Positions 1-6,040 of a stretch of DNA of 13,590 nucleotides are shown in pieces. Within the stretch, counting starts at the first letter, position 1; every line of letters starts with the position of its first letter. The notes beneath the pieces are model-generated. The model made no database searches and was not told the origin of the DNA. It saw nothing but the letters and a program-made list of their open reading frames with translations. Made by a program: the position numbers and the translations under genes. The stretch is from Sandaracinaceae bacterium (lineage in GTDB: Bacteria; Myxococcota_A; Polyangia; Polyangiales; Sandaracinaceae), in the NCBI GenBank assembly GCA_044220955.1, contig JBGAQA010000140.1, positions 1-13,590 on the forward strand, written 5' to 3'.

Positions 1-276
1 CACCGCCCTGCGGCGGCGCACCGAACTGGCCGCCGCCCTGCGGCGGCGCGCCGAACTGGCCGCCGCCCTGCGGCGGCGCGCCGAACCCACCGCCCTGCGG
101 CGGCGCACCGAACCCACCGCCCTGCGGCGGCGCACCGAACTGGCCGCCCTGCGGCGGCGCGCTGAACGCACCGCCCTGCGGCGGCGCACCGAACCCACCG
201 CCCTGCGGCGGCGCACCGAACTGGCCGCCCTGCGGCGGCGCACCGAACGGCGCACCGAACCCACCGCCCTGCGGCG
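1..276. repeat. Coding tandem repeat of 27/30-nt units (core ccgccctgcggcggcgc(a/g)ccgaac), nine full units plus partial units
   Basis: Units start at about 1, 31, 61, 88, 115, 142, 169, 196 and 223, with partial units at 250 and 262. Unit lengths are multiples of 3 and encode F(G/S)APPQGG(G/Q/A/GQ) on the minus strand. Confidence 0.95.
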
Positions 277-367
277 CCGGCGGGGCCGGAAGCGGGGCAG
301 AGCACTGGGCGCACTGGGTCGCGGTATCCGCGTTCTGGGCGCGGCAGTTCGGACAGAAGATGGTCAA
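1..367 (-). CDS. Zinc-ribbon domain protein with Gly/Pro/Gln-rich FGAPPQGG repeats (N-terminal part; runs off the left edge)
   Basis: Not in the ORF track; translated by hand. TTG start at 367 preceded by AGGGGG (SD-like). Reads MTIFCPNCRAQNADTATQCAQCSAPLPAPPAPQGGGFGAPFGAPPQGGQFGAPPQGGGFGAPPQGG... with no stop before position 1. The CxxC-x10-CxxC pattern is a typical N-terminal zinc ribbon. Confidence 0.85.
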   Translation of the reverse strand, partial: MTIFCPNCRAQNADTATQCAQCSAPLPAPPAPQGGGFGAPFGAPPQGGQFGAPPQGGGFGAPPQGGAFSAPPQGGQFGAPPQGGGFGAPPQGGGFGAPPQGGGQFGAPPQGGGQFGAPPQGG

Positions 368-432
368 CGCGAGTTCCCCCTGGTGCGAAGCGTTTCGATG
401 CGCGGCGATGCTCGGCCGGATCGGCTGGGCCG

Positions 433-540
433 TCAACGACGCAGGCGAGCGCGCGTGAGCCGGCCGGCCACGAGGGTGATGGCGAGCGCGGGGAACCACG
501 CGCCGGCGCGGGCGCCCCGCGCCCCGACGCTGCACCCACC
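433..540 (-). other. MYXO-CTERM-like C-terminal sorting signal
   Basis: GGCSVGARGARAGAWFPALAITLVAGRLTRARLRR*: a GGC motif, a hydrophobic segment and an Arg-rich end, preceded by a DAG/DGG low-complexity linker. Confidence 0.8.
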
Positions 541-2124
541 GCTGCCCGCTCTGGCGTGCGCCGCCGTCCCACCGTCCGCTCGCAGGACGCCGCCGTCCCC
601 GACGCTCGGGGCGCCGGCGTCGTGCTCCGGGCCGGCGTCCGAGCGCGGCATCGGAGCATCGATCACGAAGATCGCCGGCCCGGTTCCGCGGACCAGGTAG
701 GGGCGCTCCGAGATCGCCGGCATCTCCGAGAGCGCGTCGCGCTCGGTCGCGCTCACCTCCTCGACCGCGCCCCAGTCGAGCCGCCACGCGTCCATCACGT
801 CGGGGCTCGTCACGTGCCGTCGGCGCGTCGCGTCGCGCAGGTACACCGCCGAGTCGCCCGTCGCGCGGAGCAGCTCGGGCGCGGCGGGCCAGTCCCCCGA
901 CTGCGGCAGGGCAGCCAGCTCGTCGTCGCCGATCCGGACCACGTCGTGGGCGTCGAAGCTCCACGCGCCGAGGATCTCGGCGCTCCGAACGTAGCGCCGC
1001 ACCGCGCCCGGGAAAGGCAGGGGCGGGCGCTCGCAGCGCACCGACGCGGGGCTGCCCGAGAGCTCGGCGTTCGCGCCGCCGCTGGCGCCGATCCCGAACG
1101 CCCGCACCGCGTGCATCGTCCCGTCCATGAGCGAGAGCGGCACGCGCGCGAGCCAGCCGTGATCGCCGACGTCGTCCCGGTGCCGCCCGGCGAGCAGGGG
1201 GTACCCGATCGCGCCTGGATCGCCGGGACCGCCGTCGAAGTAGACGTGCACCGCGATCGCGGCGTCGGCATCGGGGTCTCGCGCCCATCCGCGCACGCCC
1301 TCGCAGGTGGCGGCGTCGATCCAGCCCTCGGGCTCCCGGTCCGGGCAGTGCGCGGCCGGCCCGGAGCCGCCCGCGAAGAGCGCGAGGTGGTTGGCGACGA
1401 CCCGCGGCGAGCCGTCCGACGGGTGGTTGAGCACGCGGCCACCGAGCCACATCGTCGAGCTGCCGCCGCCGTCCATGTTGAGGCCCTCGCTCGCGCCCAG
1501 CTCGCGCAAGAGGGCAGCCTCCTCCGCGCAGGTCATCCCGATGCGACCCGTCGCGCGGCCGTCGACGACGGCGAGCACGAGCGTGCGGCGGTCGGCCGAG
1601 AGACCCACGGCGGTGCGGGGGTGGCGCGCCGTGCAGAGCGGATCGTCGCTCGCGCGCGAGGCGCCGTCGGCCAGCACGGTGGGGTGGCCGCTCACCACCT
1701 CGCGCATCCACGGCGCGAGGCCGGAGGTGTCCTCGTGCCTGCGCAGCTCGACCTGATGGTCTCCGAACGCGAGCGGGGCGACGTAGCCGTGGTCGCTTCC
1801 TCCCCAGCGGACGCCCTCGTGCGCTCCGGGCCCGCTCGTCGAGTAGTCGGCGTAGGAGAAGAAGTCGCCGTTGATCGCGGCCTGCGCTCCGACGGCGGCA
1901 CCGTGAGCCGGGACCGTGCGCCGGCGCTCGCCGTCGGCCGTGCCGCGCAGCGAGATCCCGGGCGCGCACAGGTCGACCACGAGCGCGTGGAGATCCTGGC
2001 TGCTCGTCACCCGGTGCAGGTGCCGCACGCCGGGGTAGGGATCGTCCCAGCGGTCTTGCGCGGCCGCGCGCGCGGCCGGCGTCGAGAGCGCGAAGGCGAC
2101 GGCGAGCAGGAGGAGCGTGCGCAT
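433..2124 (-). CDS. Secreted phosphodiester glycosidase family protein (NAGPA/DUF2233-like) with accessory domains and a C-terminal MYXO-CTERM anchor, 563 aa
   Basis: The real start is likely ATG 2124 (MRTLLLLAVAFALSTPAARAAAQ, a signal peptide); the Arg-rich extension in the 1108-aa ORF is off-frame sequence of the upstream gene. Family motifs: AAINGDFF, RHPRTAVGLSAD..LVLAVVDGR, GMT, LNMDGGGSSTM, PSDG.PRVVANHL. The C-terminus is GSGGCSVG + hydrophobic segment + RARLRR. Confidence 0.88.
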   Translation of the reverse strand: MRTLLLLAVAFALSTPAARAAAQDRWDDPYPGVRHLHRVTSSQDLHALVVDLCAPGISLRGTADGERRRTVPAHGAAVGAQAAINGDFFSYADYSTSGPGAHEGVRWGGSDHGYVAPLAFGDHQVELRRHEDTSGLAPWMREVVSGHPTVLADGASRASDDPLCTARHPRTAVGLSADRRTLVLAVVDGRATGRIGMTCAEEAALLRELGASEGLNMDGGGSSTMWLGGRVLNHPSDGSPRVVANHLALFAGGSGPAAHCPDREPEGWIDAATCEGVRGWARDPDADAAIAVHVYFDGGPGDPGAIGYPLLAGRHRDDVGDHGWLARVPLSLMDGTMHAVRAFGIGASGGANAELSGSPASVRCERPPLPFPGAVRRYVRSAEILGAWSFDAHDVVRIGDDELAALPQSGDWPAAPELLRATGDSAVYLRDATRRRHVTSPDVMDAWRLDWGAVEEVSATERDALSEMPAISERPYLVRGTGPAIFVIDAPMPRSDAGPEHDAGAPSVGDGGVLRADGGTAAHARAGSGGCSVGARGARAGAWFPALAITLVAGRLTRARLRR

Positions 2125-2136
2125 GCGCTGGCGGTG

Positions 2137-2152
2137 GCGATCCTCGTGCCGG
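2137..2152 (-). promoter_or_regulatory. Possible sigma54 (-24/-12) promoter of the phosphodiester glycosidase gene
   Basis: The minus strand reads CCGGCACGAGGATCGC: GG-N10-GC with a GGCACG core, against the consensus TGGCACG-N4-TTGC. It ends 12 nt upstream of ATG 2124. The match is imperfect and lies in GC-rich DNA. Confidence 0.35.
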
Positions 2153-2288
2153 GCGCCCGGGCGTCGATCGCGGCGCGCCCGCCGCAGCCAGCGCACATCT
2201 TCGCCGCGCGTGCGCGCCAACCCGGCGCGGCCGGCGCGTGCATCGACCGGGAACTGGTCGCCCGCGTCTCGGGAGGCCGCGCGTCCGC

Positions 2289-3992
2289 TCAGGGCGTCGC
2301 GGCGTCCCAGTAGTCCACGGTGCTCGAGATCATCACGGCGAGGTCGTCGCCGGCGTCGAGCCCCCAGAACTGATCGGCGGGGAAGTTGTTGCGCACGAAG
2401 AGGCGGCCGCCGGCGGGGAAGCGCGCCTCGTCCATGACGATCTCGCCCGGTCGCGGGCCGCTCATCGCGTGCTGGTGGCAGCCGACGCAGTTGCCGCGCG
2501 CGAGCCCAGGGGCGGCGTCGATGTACGGGTTCGAGCACCACGACGCGACGGCGCCATTGGGCAGCGGCGCCTCGGTCACGGCCTCGAGCGCGGCCGCGAG
2601 CGTCGGCGCGTCGGCCGCGAAGCCGCCGGTCGGATCGGGATCCTCCTCGACGTCCTCGACGGCCACGCACATCGCGTAGTGCGCCCAGGGCCCGGTGAGC
2701 GTCGGGGGACGGTCCGCGCCGAACGTCTCGTCGGGCGTGGGCGACCACCACATCGTGATGTTCACCCAGTGATCGAGCTCGCGCGTGCGGATGTGCATGC
2801 CCGCGAGCCGGAAGGTGCCGCCGGACGGAACGCGCACCGTGTAGATCTCGTCGGCGCCGGGGTCGGCCATGCCGTCGCCGTCGCCCCAGGTCGCGTCGCC
2901 GGCGAGGTGCGCGGCGAGCGCCTCGGCGGAGGTGTCGTAGGTGGGCAGCGGCCCGAGCTCGACGCGGCGCCACTCCTCGGCGACGGTCGCGGCGCCGAGC
3001 GGGAAGGGACCGTCGAGGCAGCCAGCGATCGCGACGTCGGGCGCGGTGTACGACACGTCGAGCGCGCCGGTGACCTCGACGCCGCCCGCGACGACCTCGA
3101 CGACGAAGGGGCCGGGGCCGGACGCGGTGCAGCCGGCGTCGCCCGCCTCGATGCAGCGCTCCTCGGCGCCCACGATCGTCTCGCCCGCGAGCACCCGCAT
3201 CGAGGCCTCGTGCGCGCCCGTTCCCTCGACGTGCGCCTCGAGCCGCGCGCCGCTCGCCACGTAGTAGGGGCCGAAGGTGCGGGCGCCGCAACGGGGCAGC
3301 GCGAGCGCCTCGCGCGCGACGCGCGCCGTGGCCTCGGGCGGGCCGTCGACGAACGCCGGTGGTGCGCCCTCCCGCTGGCAGCGGAAGATCTGCGCGTAGC
3401 TCTGCGCGACGTGGCGCGCCGCGACCGGGCTCATCGCGATACGGCGGATCCCGCCGACGGCGCCGACCGCGAGCGGGTCGGTGAGGCCGGCGACGTAGTC
3501 GCTCCAGGCCGCGGGGGTCCAGGCGGGGTCGCCATCGAGGATGTGGAGGTTCCAGTCGAACGCCGCATCCAGCGCGGTCGCGTCGAGGGGACCACGCGCC
3601 GCGCGCCCGGCGGGGCCGAGCGCCTCGTAGGCGTGCCCGAAGATGCGGGCCAGGTCGTCGCTGTCGTACCAGGTGCGGAATCGCGGCACCGTCGTGGCGC
3701 CGGCGGGAAGCGTCGCGGCCGGCGCGACCGGGGCCACGACGCGCGCGATCACCTCCCACGCCGCCGCGCGGCGGGCGCGCTGCGAGGTGCGGAGCTCGGC
3801 GCGGTGCGCGGCCAGCATCCCGTCCGCCGGATAGTCGCTCGCGACGCCGAGCAGGCGTCGATCGGGCGCGCTCGCGGCCTCGACCGCGACGCCGAGCGCG
3901 CCGCAGGCGGGGACGGTGGGCGAGGGCGGGGTGCAGGCCGAGAGCGCCAGCGAGAGCGCGAGCGCGAGCGAGAGCGAGGCGGCGCGGTGCAT
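2289..3992 (-). CDS. Uncharacterised lipoprotein with a single C-terminal c-type heme-binding motif (CVGCH), 567 aa
   Basis: The real start is likely ATG 3992 (or GTG 3995), 11 nt after the upstream stop. MHRAASLSLALALSLALSA-C is a signal peptide with a lipobox. CxxCH lies at 2475-2489 in the context WCSNPYID...GNCVGCHQHA. Trp-rich blocks include LAGMHIRTRELDHWVNITMWWSP and FGADRP. Confidence 0.8.
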   Translation of the reverse strand: MHRAASLSLALALSLALSACTPPSPTVPACGALGVAVEAASAPDRRLLGVASDYPADGMLAAHRAELRTSQRARRAAAWEVIARVVAPVAPAATLPAGATTVPRFRTWYDSDDLARIFGHAYEALGPAGRAARGPLDATALDAAFDWNLHILDGDPAWTPAAWSDYVAGLTDPLAVGAVGGIRRIAMSPVAARHVAQSYAQIFRCQREGAPPAFVDGPPEATARVAREALALPRCGARTFGPYYVASGARLEAHVEGTGAHEASMRVLAGETIVGAEERCIEAGDAGCTASGPGPFVVEVVAGGVEVTGALDVSYTAPDVAIAGCLDGPFPLGAATVAEEWRRVELGPLPTYDTSAEALAAHLAGDATWGDGDGMADPGADEIYTVRVPSGGTFRLAGMHIRTRELDHWVNITMWWSPTPDETFGADRPPTLTGPWAHYAMCVAVEDVEEDPDPTGGFAADAPTLAAALEAVTEAPLPNGAVASWCSNPYIDAAPGLARGNCVGCHQHAMSGPRPGEIVMDEARFPAGGRLFVRNNFPADQFWGLDAGDDLAVMISSTVDYWDAATP

Positions 3993-4003
3993 CACCAGGT
4001 GCC

Positions 4004-5959
4004 TCAGTACAGGACGGCCGCGTCGCTGGCGACGATCCGCTCGGGCGAGCCGTCGTCGCTCCGCACCAGGAAGTAGATCCATCCGTCCGAGCGGAAGTGC
4101 GGGAAGAGCGCGTACTGTCCGGGCCCCATGTTCGTCACCCGGGTGCGGACACCCGTGAGCAGGTCGATCAGGTACACGTTCGCGCCGCCGCGCGTGCCGT
4201 ACGGCGCGAACGCCGGATCGCTGGGCCCGGTGTAGCCGAGCTCCACGGCGTCCGCGTCGCCGAGGTAGTGGTGATAGACGATGAAGCGCTCGTCGAACGA
4301 GAACGAGGGCTTGCCGCCGCTCGCGCAGTAGCGACCGATCTCGTGGCTCGACACGCTGAGCGAGCTACCCGAGCCGGTGACGTCGAGCGCGCGCAGGATG
4401 AACGCGAGCTGCCGGTCGCCGGGGCCCGAGCCGCGGTTGACGATCAGGCGCAGCGACGGCGAGACGACCGCGTCACCCTCGTACGGGTGTCCGAACGAGC
4501 GCGTGCCCCCGACCGCGAAGCTCGTCCCTGCGTTGGTCATCAGGTAGAGCGTCGAGCGCGCCGACGACACGAAGTCGGCCCGCGGATCCGAGAGCGTCGG
4601 CATCGTCGCCGGGTCGTAGACGTTCGAGCCGCTGATGGCCCAGTAGTCGGCGCCATCGAGCGAGGTGCCGGCGTGCTCGTAGAGGCCGATCGATCCGCCC
4701 GAGCCGCAGCCGGGCTCCGTGAACGTCAGCGCCGTGGGCATGCCCGTGGTCAGCGCGCTCATCTCGCAGACGCGCGCGCCTCTCGAGCCCTGCACGATGA
4801 ACCCCGAGTTGTCGGGGAAGAAGGTCGGGTCGTACAGCGCGCTGCCGTCGATCACCACGCCGCGCTGCAGGTCGATGAAGCGCAGGCGCGCGCCGCTGGT
4901 CGCGCCGTGCGAGACGAAGCGGCCGTCGGCCGAGCTGCGTGTCCAGTAGGACGAGTGGTACGCGGTGGTGAAGAGCACGCGCAGGTGCGCGCCCGGGACG
5001 CCCGCCGGCACGGTCTCCCACGTCGCGCCGTACGCCGTGTCGCGCGCGAGCGGCTCGGTCGCGAAGCAGTCGGCCGTCGTCGTCGCGCCGGCGCAGCCCT
5101 GCATCAGCATGCCGTCGGCCGCGTTCCGCGCGCCCCAGCCCATCGTCTGCATCCGGGCCACGTGCGCGCCGACCTCGGCGCTGACGCCGGGCAGGCACCC
5201 CGTGGGAAGCGACTCGGCGGGCAGCACGGTGTCGACCGCTGGCACGCCGCGCAGGAACCACTCCGCGACGATGTCGAAGTCGGCCTGCGTGAGCGGCGTG
5301 GGCGAGATGGCGCTCGGCTTGGGCATGCCCGCGTCGTCGGCGAACATGGCGTGGTTGGCCATCCAGTCGCCCGTCGTTCCGTGCTCGAACACGTACCGGA
5401 ACCAGGGCAGGCGCGCCGCGGTGGCCCAGATGCCCAGGCGCGGCGCGCCGTAGGCGCCGGTGGTGGGGCTCTGCAGACAGGTGAGCATGGCCGCGGCCGA
5501 CGCGTCCGAGCTGACGCCCAGATCCGTCAGGCACTCGCTCATCGCCGCGTCGCTCAGCGCGCGCCAGTAGCGGATCCGGGAGCGCGTCAGCGTGTGGCAC
5601 TCGTTGCAGTAGATCGTCGTCGCGCCGGCCTCGGGGGCGCCGAGGATCCGCAGCGCCTGCTGCGCGAGGTCGGCGTCGGCGATCTCGGGGTGCGGGTTCC
5701 GAAACGCCGGCACTCCCGTCGTGCTGCCCGTGTCGTGCGCGTTCGCGTCGACGACGTTCGCGTCGGCGCTGCCGGTGTCCACGACGCTCGCGTCCGCGCC
5801 GCCGGCTGCGTCCCGCCCGCCGGCGTCGTCCGCGGTCGCGGCGTCGCCGCCGCTGCCCGTGTCGGCGGGCGCAGGCGAGCTCCCGCAGCCGCCGATCACC
5901 ACGAGAGACAGAGACGACGCGAGACAGAGCCAGCTTCGACCAGCGTTCCGGGAGGCCAT
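4004..5959 (-). CDS. Uncharacterised lipoprotein with an N-terminal cytochrome c-like domain (CNECH) and a C-terminal TolB-like beta-propeller, 651 aa
   Basis: Signal peptide ending VVIGG-C, then an Asp/Ala/Gly linker. CxxCH lies at 5594-5608. The downstream GMPK...LTQADFDIVAEWFLRGVP resembles the MP..L....I..W...G ending of class I cytochromes c. PD40-like blades: RSSADGRFV, DPTFFPDNSGFI, AVVSPSLRLIV, KPSFSFDERFIVY, NVYLIDLLTG, FPHFRSDGWIYF. Confidence 0.82.
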   Translation of the reverse strand: MASRNAGRSWLCLASSLSLVVIGGCGSSPAPADTGSGGDAATADDAGGRDAAGGADASVVDTGSADANVVDANAHDTGSTTGVPAFRNPHPEIADADLAQQALRILGAPEAGATTIYCNECHTLTRSRIRYWRALSDAAMSECLTDLGVSSDASAAAMLTCLQSPTTGAYGAPRLGIWATAARLPWFRYVFEHGTTGDWMANHAMFADDAGMPKPSAISPTPLTQADFDIVAEWFLRGVPAVDTVLPAESLPTGCLPGVSAEVGAHVARMQTMGWGARNAADGMLMQGCAGATTTADCFATEPLARDTAYGATWETVPAGVPGAHLRVLFTTAYHSSYWTRSSADGRFVSHGATSGARLRFIDLQRGVVIDGSALYDPTFFPDNSGFIVQGSRGARVCEMSALTTGMPTALTFTEPGCGSGGSIGLYEHAGTSLDGADYWAISGSNVYDPATMPTLSDPRADFVSSARSTLYLMTNAGTSFAVGGTRSFGHPYEGDAVVSPSLRLIVNRGSGPGDRQLAFILRALDVTGSGSSLSVSSHEIGRYCASGGKPSFSFDERFIVYHHYLGDADAVELGYTGPSDPAFAPYGTRGGANVYLIDLLTGVRTRVTNMGPGQYALFPHFRSDGWIYFLVRSDDGSPERIVASDAAVLY

Positions 5960-6040
5960 CGGGTTAGCTTACGGCGCAACGGCGTGCGCGGAGAAGTGGG
6001 GTTCGCGAGGCCACGCACATGGCGATAAGCTCCCTGCCCC
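5960..6040. promoter_or_regulatory. Divergent promoter region with a TAAGCT -10-like hexamer facing each gene
   Basis: Minus-strand TAAGCT (5966-5971) lies 6 nt before ATG 5959. Plus-strand TAAGCT (6026-6031) lies 9 nt before GTG 6041. Neither gene has an SD sequence. Confidence 0.55.

Noticed and set aside
1..276. CRISPR array or iterons suggested by the ~27-30 nt repeats
   Set aside because: The units are contiguous with no unique spacers, their lengths are multiples of 3, they translate in frame behind a zinc ribbon, and no cas or rep gene is present.
2125..3759. 1108-aa ORF read as one giant protein, or as a frameshift fusion of the heme lipoprotein and the glycosidase
   Set aside because: The extension is Arg-rich off-frame sequence overlapping the 2289-3992 gene. 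That gene has its own stop, and the glycosidase has its own signal peptide at 2124.
4004..5959. Calling the cytochrome c + propeller protein NirS, hydrazine synthase or TolB
   Set aside because: Only the general architecture is similar. I see no family-specific motifs, and there are no nir, hzs or tol-pal neighbours.
556..6028. Long plus-strand ORFs 556-2313, 2238-4076 and 4097-6028
   Set aside because: These are antisense shadows of real minus-strand genes, expected in high-GC DNA. They are Arg/Gly/Val-rich with no domain motifs.
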